A stretch of 64,000 nt of DNA, from NCBI GenBank assembly GCA_050115495.1, contig JASFQK010000003.1, positions 128,001 to 192,000 of the forward strand, read 5' to 3'. Positions 51,297 through 60,418 of the stretch are shown here, piece by piece. The stretch is from Phycisphaerae bacterium. GTDB taxonomy: Bacteria; Planctomycetota; Phycisphaerae; UBA1845; Fen-1342. The notes under the pieces are model-generated. The model was given only the letters and a program-made list of their open reading frames with translations. It had not been told where the DNA came from and did not search any database. Position 1 is the stretch's first letter. Every line of letters begins with the position of its first letter. Made by a program: the position numbers and the translations under genes.

Positions 51297-52478
51297 CTAC
51301 GGTGAGCATGGAGCGTCGCGGGCCGGGTCGAACCAGTAGCGGAAGGCGGCGTCAAGATCAGCAAGGTGCTTCCGCATTGCTTGCCGTGTGGACTCGTCGG
51401 CGGCGCCGAAGACCTGCTCGGCGAGGGGTGGTAGGGCAAACAGGCGCATGGCGAACTCAGCGTAGCGGACGGCTTCGAGTGCTCCCGGCCAGGGGGGCTC
51501 TTCGCCGGCCGGCGCGCTCAACTCGCGAAAGTAACCGTCGGGGGAAGTCTCGCGGGCCTTCGTGACGTATTCGTTCAGGTACAGATAGTGGGGGAGCAGT
51601 CCGCGGGCCAGGTCCGAATCGTTGCTTATCAGGCGCAAGAGCTGGCTGAGCCGGAAGGCCGTCATGACGTCGTGCAACTGGGCGACGGTTTCGGCGGCGA
51701 TTCCGTGAAAGCCGTACTCGGCTTCGATTGCACTGTCGCGGAAGGTGAGGGATAGACTCGCTTCGCGGCCGGCGAGGCCGGCGGCCACACAGTCCCACTC
51801 GTCAATCATCCTGCCCCAGTGCTGAGCGCTGCGCTCGGAGGCGAAGAGGGTCACACGCCACACATGCGGGAGGCCCGTGATTACGTCATTCATGGCGTCG
51901 CGCGCGATCTCGTCGAGCGGATCGGGACCTTTCGCGAAACTGGCGCTCTCCGCGTCGTGCTTCAGACCGGCCGCGAAACGGGTACTCTCCGCGTCGTGCT
52001 TCAGCTCGGCCGCGGCGCGGCGAAGCAACTCAACTTGTGCATCGGACGGCGGCGACGTGCGCAGGGCCACCCATGCCAGCGTCGAACCGATCGAACGGAC
52101 ACCATGAAACAGGACTTCGTCCGGGACCATGCGGCCCGCAAGACTCACATCCGACAGCCGGTCGTGAAGGATGTGGGGCAGGTGTCGCCAGAGAACGAGG
52201 CCGGGGAGGGCGACGCCGCGCATGGCGTCGGTGACGGCGGGCGGTTTGCTGACCGCGTCGGCGAGGGCAAAGAACTCATCACGGTCACGCTGATCGAGCG
52301 CAAGTGCCGTCGCCAGCCGGGTTACGGTGTCCCATGTCGGACGGGCCTCGCCGCGCTCAATGGTCGCGACGTGGTTCGTGGCTATGCCCGCGGCCCGGGC
52401 CAGCGACGCGGCGGACCGGAAGCCGTGCGCCTTTCGTTTGTCCCGGAGCCAGACGCCGAGTGCCTTGCTCGCCTTCAT
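51297..52478 (-). CDS. XRE/CI-like repressor with large unknown C-terminal region
   Basis: LGVWLRDKRKAHG...LARAAGIATNHVATIERGEARPTWDTVTRLATAL. Confidence 0.8.
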   Translation of the reverse strand: MKASKALGVWLRDKRKAHGFRSAASLARAAGIATNHVATIERGEARPTWDTVTRLATALALDQRDRDEFFALADAVSKPPAVTDAMRGVALPGLVLWRHLPHILHDRLSDVSLAGRMVPDEVLFHGVRSIGSTLAWVALRTSPPSDAQVELLRRAAAELKHDAESTRFAAGLKHDAESASFAKGPDPLDEIARDAMNDVITGLPHVWRVTLFASERSAQHWGRMIDEWDCVAAGLAGREASLSLTFRDSAIEAEYGFHGIAAETVAQLHDVMTAFRLSQLLRLISNDSDLARGLLPHYLYLNEYVTKARETSPDGYFRELSAPAGEEPPWPGALEAVRYAEFAMRLFALPPLAEQVFGAADESTRQAMRKHLADLDAAFRYWFDPARDAPCSP

Positions 52479-52510
52479 CACCAGCAAGCATAGCGAACGG
52501 CCGCAACAAT

Positions 52511-52583
52511 TGCACCGATAACGACTTCCGAAAATTGTCTGAATCACCGTTGACAGCGGTGCAAATGAACGTTAGAAACGGTG
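52511..52583 (+). promoter_or_regulatory. Rightward sigma70-type promoter overlapped by a 17-bp operator-like palindrome
   Basis: TTGACA 52550-52555, 17-bp spacer, TAGAAA 52573-52578; CACCG-N7-CGGTG at 52545-52561; extra half-sites at 52513 and 52579. Confidence 0.7.
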
Positions 52584-52598
52584 AACATGAAGGGAAAC

Positions 52599-52856
52599 AT
52601 GGTAAAACTTGACGCCGGAAGGCTGAACCGGGCTCGGTTACGCCGCGGGTGGACGTGGGCAGACGTGGCCGCCGCAACGGGGCTAGCGAGTCGGACAAGG
52701 ACAAAGCTGGCGAATGGTGAGCCCGTGACGATCACGGTGGCGCGGCGGGCGTGTGCGGCGTTGCGCATATCGCTTGCGGCAGCGCTGATTCTTGATGACC
52801 CCGTGTCAGTGGAGGCGCCGGCCGAGCTGCCAGTTGGACAGAGCGCGGTGGCATAG
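52599..52856 (+). CDS. Cro/Ner-like small HTH protein
   Basis: RLNRARLRRGWTWADVAAATGLASRTRTKLANGEPVTITVARRACAAL; divergent from the repressor. Confidence 0.8.
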   Translation: MVKLDAGRLNRARLRRGWTWADVAAATGLASRTRTKLANGEPVTITVARRACAALRISLAAALILDDPVSVEAPAELPVGQSAVA

Positions 52857-52985
52857 CCCGCTTATGGCGTGACGAGATGACGCACAACCTCAGACATAAC
52901 GAACGGCTCTCGTCACGCGGCCGGCCGGCCGGCGCTACGGCGCCGCCGGCCGTGCCCTTTGTGTGTTGTGATTGTGGGTGAGCAG

Positions 52986-53426
52986 ATGACGGAGTCCGTC
53001 TCAAAACTCGGTGGCGGCGGGCTGTCGGCGGAGGCGACCCAGGCCTTAATCGAGGAGGGTATAGCAGCCGCCGCCGAATGCATGGCGGGGCTCGTCGCCG
53101 GGCCGCGGTGGTTCGTTGGGCTTCTGGGCGCGGCAGCACGCTTCGCCGCCGTGACGCCGCTCGGCGAGATTCTGTCCACAGACCTTGACCGGGTGTGTGA
53201 GGAAGCCCCCGACGCCTGGAACGTCGTGGGTGAGTTGCGCGCGCTCAGAGCGCGGCTCGACAGCCTACTCGGGCTCCTGCCGGCCTTCGGCGAGATGGCG
53301 TTGCGCGTGGGTGGTTTGGGCGGGGTGCCAGACAAGGCGGCGCTCGATCTCTGCTCGGCCTTCGCCCATATGGCACAAGGCGTTCTCCGGCGGTGGCTGG
53401 CGGAGCTGGAGGCGGCCGAGCAATGA
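52986..53426 (+). CDS. Hypothetical helical protein
   Basis: Stop overlaps the transposase ATG (ATGA). Confidence 0.55.
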   Translation: MTESVSKLGGGGLSAEATQALIEEGIAAAAECMAGLVAGPRWFVGLLGAAARFAAVTPLGEILSTDLDRVCEEAPDAWNVVGELRALRARLDSLLGLLPAFGEMALRVGGLGGVPDKAALDLCSAFAHMAQGVLRRWLAELEAAEQ

Positions 53427-55969
53427 GCGCGGGCCTGCGACTGGCGCCGGGCGAGTACGTCACCGAAGACGGTGAGGTTATTCAGCGCCAGCCGCGCGCG
53501 GGGTTGGGGGCGGGGCGGGTGCCGTTCGAGCTGTGCCGCGGGGCGTGGCCGTGCACCGATGTGGGCCGGCAGCAGCGGCGGCGCTTCTGGATGGGCTTGT
53601 CCGAAACGCTGCGGGAAGAGGGGCCCGACGGCGAGAAGTACATCGACGCCAGCGTTACGCTGCCCGGCGGTGACAAGGCGGGGAAGTTCGTCCAATTGGA
53701 GTGGGGCTACAAGCCGCCGGCAGGGTGGCGGACCTGGACGGCGCAGCAACGGCGCGACTGGGAACGGAAGGTCGCGGTGTTGGTGCGTGTGGAGCAATTC
53801 TTCCTCGCTCGCCCGCACCTGCTGCGGTCCAAACCGTCCAGCTACCGGGAGTTCAATCGTGCCAATGTCGAATGGCTGGCCGAGATGGGACGGGAGTATC
53901 AGCCGTGCGGCCGGCCGCTGCGCGTCAGCAAGACGACGTTGAACGCGTATGCACGAACAATCAACGATCCGGATAAGGCCGCACCCAAGCGCGGCCGGCC
54001 GAAGGGGAGCGGCGCGAAGGAATGGCACCCGCGGGCGCTTGAGCTGTTCGACACGCTCTACCGCGGGCACCGCGACGCGAGCGACGTACTGCGGAAGATC
54101 CAGGCCTACGCATGGAAAGAGGGCTTCGAGGCGCCGACGCCGGCTATGGTCTACAAGCGCATTCGGGAGATGACGCAGGCGGAGCGGGTCTTTCGACGGT
54201 CCGGGATGCGCGGCGTGAAAGAGCAGTGCGTTCCGAAGATGCGACGGACGCGAGCGGAACTGAAGGGATGGTCGTTCGGTGATGGACATACGATAGCCGG
54301 GTTCATCAGGGTGCCTGACGGACACGGCGGTTTGAAGGCAGTGCGTCCGACGGTTGCCGGCGTCTATGTGGCATTTGCCCAGAAGTTCTCGGAGGCGCGC
54401 GCTGGGTTGTCCGAGAGCGCGGAACTGATGGCGGCGGCGTGGCGAGGGGCGGTCCTCGAAGATGGGCCGCCGGCGGTCGCGCAGTTTGACAACACACACG
54501 CCATGGACGGGCTTACGGGCTCGCCGTATCGCAAGCAGCCGGGGCGGCGGGCCAAGTACGCCAGCGGGGGCCTGGGCGGTTTCTTCTCACTCTTCGGTAC
54601 GCAGGTGCACAAGAGCAAGCCCGGAGAGAAGCACACGAACGCAGTTGAGAGCGGCTGGCGGTATTTGATCCGCGCGGTTGAGAAGTGGATGAACTCATAC
54701 TGCGGGTCGCATCCGAAGGACAAGCCGGAAGGGCTGGACCGCTGGCTACGAGACAACATCGACAAGCTCCCGACGCTGGAAGACCTGAACGTGTTCTTGC
54801 GAGAATTCAAGGCTGCGCACAACGCAACGCCGCGGCGGGCGCTGGGGGGCTTGACACCCAACCTGTTCATGGAGCGGTACGGTCCTACGCGGCGGATCAT
54901 CGACCCCGACACGATCGACATTTACCTGTGCCCGATTGTGGCGGAACGGACGCTGGGGCGGGACGGCGTTTCGCTCAACGACATCCTGTACACGCCGGGG
55001 CCCAGCGTACTGCTGCGGTGGCAGGGCAAGCGTGTCGGTGTGCGACGAGACCCGGACCGGCTGGACCGTGTCACGCTCTGCGACGCAGACGGCGTCGCGA
55101 TCGGGCGAGCGTACAACGACAAGCTGCGCGGGGCGCGTGCCCAGTCTATGAAGGTGGCAGAGCGTCGGGCACGACAGTACAAGGCCGCGCTGCGCACGAT
55201 GATCGACACGCGGGATACGCGCTTCATGCCGAAGACCTTCGAGATTCTGCGCGTTGAGCGAGAGTACCGCGAGGCCGAAGAGGGGCGGCTGCGGAAGCAA
55301 CTCGCCGACGATCCCAAGCGGGAGACGACGATCATCCGGCCGGACCTGGCCGCGTCCGCGGCTGAATGCAAGGAAGCGGACGCGCGGAGAGATGCGCAGC
55401 ACGAACGACAGAAGGCGCGCAAGGCCGTCGGCGATGCTGCGGAAAGGGCGGGGTACTCGCAGGACGAACTCCTGTCGGGACTGGGCAGGTCGGCGATGCT
55501 GACGGGCGGCATGTCCGACGAGCTGCGAGCGAGGATTCGTCGCAGCATCAACATGATGGATGACTGCGACAACGAGTGTGAGGCCCGGGCGGAAGCTCAG
55601 GAGCCGGGGGACCGGCGCCGCATGGTGATGGAGCAGCTCGCGGCACGGGCTCGATACGATGAAGAGGCCGAACGCAACACGCCGCGCCGGGAGAGCATCG
55701 GAGAGCGGTTCGCGAAGATGTACAGGGAAGCAGAGGGCGGAGGGCAGGGGGGACCAGGTGGGGACATGAGCGGCTTCGACATGCTGGCCCGCGGGCCGGC
55801 GGCGGACGCGGACGACGACGACGAGCTGGACCCCGTCGCGTTGCGCATGGAGTACTTCGGGAGTGAGATCCCGCGGCCGCCATCGGAAGAGCCCAACCCG
55901 TGGGACGAGTTTGTAGTGGGCGAAGACGAAGACGGCGACGCTGAGCAGGGGGACGACGATGCGGCGTAG
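53423..55969 (+). CDS. MuA-like DDE transposase (848 aa)
   Basis: GDGH, FDNT and AVES match the MuA catalytic D-D-E contexts (GDG, DNT, VER); YCGSHPKDKP; VRRDPDRLDRV C-terminal barrel. Confidence 0.9.
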   Translation: MSAGLRLAPGEYVTEDGEVIQRQPRAGLGAGRVPFELCRGAWPCTDVGRQQRRRFWMGLSETLREEGPDGEKYIDASVTLPGGDKAGKFVQLEWGYKPPAGWRTWTAQQRRDWERKVAVLVRVEQFFLARPHLLRSKPSSYREFNRANVEWLAEMGREYQPCGRPLRVSKTTLNAYARTINDPDKAAPKRGRPKGSGAKEWHPRALELFDTLYRGHRDASDVLRKIQAYAWKEGFEAPTPAMVYKRIREMTQAERVFRRSGMRGVKEQCVPKMRRTRAELKGWSFGDGHTIAGFIRVPDGHGGLKAVRPTVAGVYVAFAQKFSEARAGLSESAELMAAAWRGAVLEDGPPAVAQFDNTHAMDGLTGSPYRKQPGRRAKYASGGLGGFFSLFGTQVHKSKPGEKHTNAVESGWRYLIRAVEKWMNSYCGSHPKDKPEGLDRWLRDNIDKLPTLEDLNVFLREFKAAHNATPRRALGGLTPNLFMERYGPTRRIIDPDTIDIYLCPIVAERTLGRDGVSLNDILYTPGPSVLLRWQGKRVGVRRDPDRLDRVTLCDADGVAIGRAYNDKLRGARAQSMKVAERRARQYKAALRTMIDTRDTRFMPKTFEILRVEREYREAEEGRLRKQLADDPKRETTIIRPDLAASAAECKEADARRDAQHERQKARKAVGDAAERAGYSQDELLSGLGRSAMLTGGMSDELRARIRRSINMMDDCDNECEARAEAQEPGDRRRMVMEQLAARARYDEEAERNTPRRESIGERFAKMYREAEGGGQGGPGGDMSGFDMLARGPAADADDDDELDPVALRMEYFGSEIPRPPSEEPNPWDEFVVGEDEDGDAEQGDDDAA

Positions 55970-56174
55970 CGTGGTCCTGGAACGTCTAGCGGCGGCGCGG
56001 GGGAGCGCTCGCGGGGTTGTCGCTCCGCTTCGAGCGAGCCGCGCCGCCGCTGTAATTCTTGTGTGTGTCGGGCTGTCGGCAGGGACGTCGGCGGCAGTGG
56101 CGTATCGCGGGCTGGCCGACAGGGACGTCGGCGGCTCGCTTCCCCCGATGTGCGATGCGCAGGGGACGCCAGCA

Positions 56175-57188
56175 ATGACGGTAGCAGCGAACACGTTTTC
56201 AGCAGCCTTCGAGGAAGCCGCGCGGCGAAACGAAACACGGCAGGCGGTGCGGCTGGTCCGCGACGGCGAGCCGCTCGCGGACGAGGCGGCGGCGATTGCC
56301 GCGGTTCGCAAGCACCTGGACGAGAACGGGGTCGAACCGAAGCGGCTGGCGAAGGCGCTCGACGTGGCGCCGAGCCTCATTCGGGGGCTGTTCGCAACGC
56401 CCGCGACGATTCCCGACGGCCCGCGCCACACGCTGATTCGGGACGCGAGCCGCTGGTGCCGCGCGGACGCCGAAGAGCGCCGCGTGCGCAAGGCGGCGTT
56501 CGTGCCGACGGCGTGCACGCGGCTGGTCGTGGGGCTGGCCCGCGTGGTCCGCGAGACGCGCACGATCGGGTTGGTGGTGGGCGGGCCGGGGCTCGGCAAG
56601 AGCCACGCGCTCGCAGTCGCCGCGGCGGAGTTGCCGGGCGAGACGGTGCTGGTCCGGTGTGACACGGACAGCCGCTCAGCCAAGGGCATACTCCGGGCCG
56701 TCGGCTTCGCCGGGGCGGCGGCGCTGTCGAGCGTGGCCCGGCCTTCGGTCAAGGCCGGCGTCGAGGCGGTGCGGGCCGGCAACGGACTGGTCGCCGTGGA
56801 CGAGGCGCAACTTCTCGGCGTGAACGGCCTTGAGGCGCTGCGGGCCGTGTTCGATCAGGCCGGAGTCGGGCTGCTGCTGGTCGGGACCACGTCGCTGGCG
56901 CGGTCGCTGAACGGCGGGGCTGATCCGCTGTGCGGGCCGCTGGTGTCGCGGATCGCTTTGCGTGTGGACCTGGACGACGAGCTGTTGGGCGGCGGGCGGA
57001 ACTGGATCGACGCGGCGGCGCTGCTGTTGACGCTGGCGAACGGGGACCCGGCGCACCTGCGGTGCGCGGTGGACACGGCGAAGGTCGCCCGCGTGCTAGC
57101 GCGGAACCGGGACGGACACGACGGCGGCGGGGCGGTTTCGCTGGCGGACGTGCAGGCGGCGCTACGCATGAGACGGAAGGACGGATGA
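56175..57188 (+). CDS. MuB/TnsC-like AAA+ transposition ATPase with N-terminal HTH
   Basis: KRLAKALDVAPSLI, GGPGLGKS, VAVDEAQLL, LLLVGT, LVSRI. The ORF can extend to 55959. Confidence 0.85.
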   Translation: MTVAANTFSAAFEEAARRNETRQAVRLVRDGEPLADEAAAIAAVRKHLDENGVEPKRLAKALDVAPSLIRGLFATPATIPDGPRHTLIRDASRWCRADAEERRVRKAAFVPTACTRLVVGLARVVRETRTIGLVVGGPGLGKSHALAVAAAELPGETVLVRCDTDSRSAKGILRAVGFAGAAALSSVARPSVKAGVEAVRAGNGLVAVDEAQLLGVNGLEALRAVFDQAGVGLLLVGTTSLARSLNGGADPLCGPLVSRIALRVDLDDELLGGGRNWIDAAALLLTLANGDPAHLRCAVDTAKVARVLARNRDGHDGGGAVSLADVQAALRMRRKDG

Positions 57189-57796
57189 CGAACGACGAGC
57201 TTAACGCGGCTCTTGCGGTGGCTCCCGGCCGGACGGTGTCGTGGGCGGCGGCGGCGCGGCTGGTGGATGCCCTCGCCCCCGGGCTGACGGCGCTGCGGCG
57301 GGACGGCACGACGCGGGCGCTGCGCACGGTGCTGTGTTACTGCGCCGCGGTGGCAGCGGACCGCCGGCGGCTGGAACAATGGCGAGCGCGGCCGCGTGCG
57401 ACACGAGGCCGGCGCCCGGGGCGACTGACGATCCCGGCTTTTTTGTACAAGTGGCACCGCCAGCAGGGCGACCGCGTCTCACGCCGCACGTTCGCGCGAT
57501 GGATACGCCGCTACCGGCAGACGGGGGCGGCCGGCCTGATTGACGGCCGCGGAGCGTGGAAGCGGGCGAGCACGCGCGCGGACGTGCAGCTCTTCGCCGA
57601 GTTGCTGCGGCGCGTGGCGGCTGGTGCGCCGGTCGCGGTTGCCTGGCGCGAGTTGGCGCCGGCGGCGAGAGAACAGGGAATCGCCTGGCCGGCGCTGCGC
57701 TCGATGCAGGAACGCGTGGCGGCGGTGCGGCCGTTCATCCAGGCGAACGCAGAGCTTCTGGGCGCGCCGCGGCGGCGACGAGGGGGGCGCAAATGA
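57185..57796 (+). CDS. Stand-alone MuA I-beta/I-gamma-like double-HTH DNA-binding protein
   Basis: VSRRTFARWIRRYRQTGAAGLIDGRG and AWRELAPAAREQGIAWPALRSMQERV; no DDE core. Confidence 0.7.
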   Translation: MTNDELNAALAVAPGRTVSWAAAARLVDALAPGLTALRRDGTTRALRTVLCYCAAVAADRRRLEQWRARPRATRGRRPGRLTIPAFLYKWHRQQGDRVSRRTFARWIRRYRQTGAAGLIDGRGAWKRASTRADVQLFAELLRRVAAGAPVAVAWRELAPAAREQGIAWPALRSMQERVAAVRPFIQANAELLGAPRRRRGGRK

Positions 57797-58193
57797 GCTG
57801 GCGCTGTGCCACGAGAACGGGCCGCAGACGTGCAGGACTCGGCTCTGCTCGGCGATCGGTCGCTTGTCAGGGGGGTAAGGCGGGGCGATGCAGCCGCGGG
57901 GCTCCTGCGGGCTTGCATCACAAACTGCGAACCGCCCGGACGGTCCGGGTGGCCGCGGTCGACGGAAATCGACCTTGTCGTTGCCGATCGGATCAGCTCG
58001 CCGTTGCGCCGGCGGTGGGACTCGTCCCCCCGCCGGCGGTTTGTCGCGGCCGGCGCCGGCAGCGGCTCTGCCGACTTGGGATCCATCCGCGGGCGGGCCG
58101 CGGGCGTGGCACGTGCACGCCCGCGGTGCCGACCGTCCGCGGCACGGGCGTGGTGGCGCATTGAGTCGTCGTTAGCGACAGGAGGTCGCACGC

Positions 58194-59513
58194 GTGGCTG
58201 AGGAAAAAGAACTGCTCAAGGTTGAGCTGGACGTCGCCGAGGCGCTGGCCCGGGCCGAGAAGCTCAAGCAGACGCTGGAAGAGCTGGACAAGGTGCGGGC
58301 CGCGGGGGGCGATACCACCGGACTGGAGGCGAGACTCAACCAGGAAGTCAACGCATTGGGGGCGGTGGTCGTACAGCAGAAACAGAACGCAGGTACGACC
58401 GAAGAGGTCATTCGCCAGAAAGAGAAGCTCGCGTCGGTGGTCACCATGCTCGGCGGCCGGTTTGGGGGCTTGGTAGGGCAACTGGCGAGCGTGGGCGAGC
58501 TGTTGCTACAGATGGGACCGGCCGTTGGAGTCGTCGCCGGGACCTTGGCAGGGACCACGGCAATCGTCGCGGGCTGGCAGGCCGTGAACCGCGAACTCAA
58601 GGAAGCCGCCGAGCGTCTGGAGCACTTCCGCAGGGCGAAGGAAGAGGTGGTCAAGGGCGAGATGTCGCCGTTGAGACAGATCGAAGGCGACCTGCTGAAG
58701 ATGGGGCTCCTGGAACAGGGCCGCGCCGAGAAAGTGTACGACTACGCGCTGGCCATGATGAGCCAGGGTGTGCCGAAGGACCTGGCGCTGTCGATTGCTC
58801 CCGAAGCGCACGCGGCGGGATTGCCGTCACAGTCGGCTTCGATACTGGCGATGGCGAAGGCGGCGGGGGTGGAGATTGCCGATACGCCGCGGGCGATGAA
58901 GACGGCGGACGAGCGGATGTCGGCCGAGTCGCGGCTTCTGTTCTCTCAGCAGCTCGTCGCGATGCGCACCACGCTTACCGGAAGAGACGCAATCGGCGAA
59001 GCGGCGAACATGCGGCGGATGAAGGAAGACGACCCCGGGAACTGGCTCGCGTACATGGGCGGCACTACGGACGTGAGGACGCTTGAATTCGCGAAGCGGA
59101 TGGGGTTGCTTGATCCGGAAGCGGGACGGCAGGACGTTAGCAAGAAGATGGGCGAACTCGCGCGTGCGCGCGGGGGGCGAAGGCGGCTACGCAATTACCT
59201 GGCCGGCCGGTCGCCAGACGAAGACGGCCCGGCGGACGAGGTGCCTAAGCCGACGCCGCAATTCGATCGGCAGATCGAAGAGTTGGAAAGAATCGAGAAC
59301 ATCTACAAGGAGATTGGCGCAAACCGGGCCGCAGAGGACGCGTCGGGTCCGGCGCCGGGATACACGCCGCGGAATGGGACGGTCAACGTGTACAACCTCT
59401 ACAACACGACGAACCAGGGCGTAGTGCTGAACGCGCCGGACCCGCGGATGCGCACGCCGGGGGTGTCGTCGCTCAACCCGGGACTGGCCGACGCATTCAG
59501 GAACCGGGATTAG
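58194..59513 (+). CDS. Short tape-measure-like coiled-coil protein
   Basis: GGAGG SD + GTG; LKVELDVAEAL N-terminus, Gly/Ala hydrophobic segment, helical body, NVYNLYNTTN near the C-terminus. Confidence 0.5.
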   Translation: MAEEKELLKVELDVAEALARAEKLKQTLEELDKVRAAGGDTTGLEARLNQEVNALGAVVVQQKQNAGTTEEVIRQKEKLASVVTMLGGRFGGLVGQLASVGELLLQMGPAVGVVAGTLAGTTAIVAGWQAVNRELKEAAERLEHFRRAKEEVVKGEMSPLRQIEGDLLKMGLLEQGRAEKVYDYALAMMSQGVPKDLALSIAPEAHAAGLPSQSASILAMAKAAGVEIADTPRAMKTADERMSAESRLLFSQQLVAMRTTLTGRDAIGEAANMRRMKEDDPGNWLAYMGGTTDVRTLEFAKRMGLLDPEAGRQDVSKKMGELARARGGRRRLRNYLAGRSPDEDGPADEVPKPTPQFDRQIEELERIENIYKEIGANRAAEDASGPAPGYTPRNGTVNVYNLYNTTNQGVVLNAPDPRMRTPGVSSLNPGLADAFRNRD

Positions 59514-59525
59514 ACGGGAGACCCC

Positions 59526-59966
59526 ATGTCTTTTGAGCTGGTCGAATCTGGCGACTTCGGCGGCGGCGGTGAGGCCCTGGCCGAGGGGGAATGCAGCCTG
59601 AGGAAGGGCGGGAAGCTGGTCGCACACGCCGCGGACCTGGCGCTCGTGAACATCGGCAACTATGCCATGGTCATGGCCGATGCCGGGACCCTGCGCATCG
59701 CGCTTCGGGCGGTGCGCGATGGCGAGGAAGCGAAGAGTTACGCGTGTTCGGTGGTCCGAAGAGCCAACAAGACCGATAGCGGCCGGCGCGAAATCAACGT
59801 GTTGCGAGCTTTGCACCGGCTGAACCTTACGCCGGAAGCGGTGGTCGGTCGGTACCCGCTGACCGTGAAGGGCGAGGGCGCCGGCGGGATGCTCATTGTG
59901 AATCTGGTCGGCGACGGGGCGAAGGACCCGGAGGGGGAGAAAGACAAGGGGGCGGCGAAGGCGTGA
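59526..59966 (+). CDS. Hypothetical protein
   Basis: GGGAG SD; co-oriented within the operon. Confidence 0.65.
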   Translation: MSFELVESGDFGGGGEALAEGECSLRKGGKLVAHAADLALVNIGNYAMVMADAGTLRIALRAVRDGEEAKSYACSVVRRANKTDSGRREINVLRALHRLNLTPEAVVGRYPLTVKGEGAGGMLIVNLVGDGAKDPEGEKDKGAAKA

Positions 59967-60097
59967 TGTTCGGAAGGGGTGCACATGTCGGATTCGGGCG
60001 GGTCGGTGGCGACGGCGCCGCCGCCGGCGGGCCTATGCGGACGAGTGGGTCGCACGGGCCACCGCTTCGCGCCGCGGGACAGATGGAGGATACGAGC

Positions 60098-60418
60098 ATG
60101 TCAGACCACACCCAACAGAGTGCGGGGGAACCGACGAGCTGGCCGCCGCTGGATTCGCGGGTGGAACTCAGAGTGCGGGGGATGGAACGGGGCGCACGTG
60201 CGCACGGCCGGCTGTTGGCGGCGTGCGAGCTGACGTCCGACGATCAGCAGCGGCTACATGCCTGGCTATCCGGGCGCGGCGGCCCGGCACAGTTCGGCGC
60301 CCTGGTCCGGTTGTTGGGCAGGCTGGACTTCGATGAACGCCGGGACTTGATCGACGGGCTGCACGAGATCATCGAGGTACCGGCACCGCAGTCGTCGGAC
60401 GCGAAAGGCGGTGCGTGA
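60098..60418 (+). CDS. Hypothetical protein
   Basis: GGAGG SD before MSDHTQQ; stop overlaps the next start. Confidence 0.6.
   Translation: MSDHTQQSAGEPTSWPPLDSRVELRVRGMERGARAHGRLLAACELTSDDQQRLHAWLSGRGGPAQFGALVRLLGRLDFDERRDLIDGLHEIIEVPAPQSSDAKGGA

Noticed and set aside
57793..58164. Possible ORF MSWRCATRTG overlapping the HTH gene stop
   Set aside because: R/G/C-rich with no recognisable features and competing frames; cannot be supported as coding.
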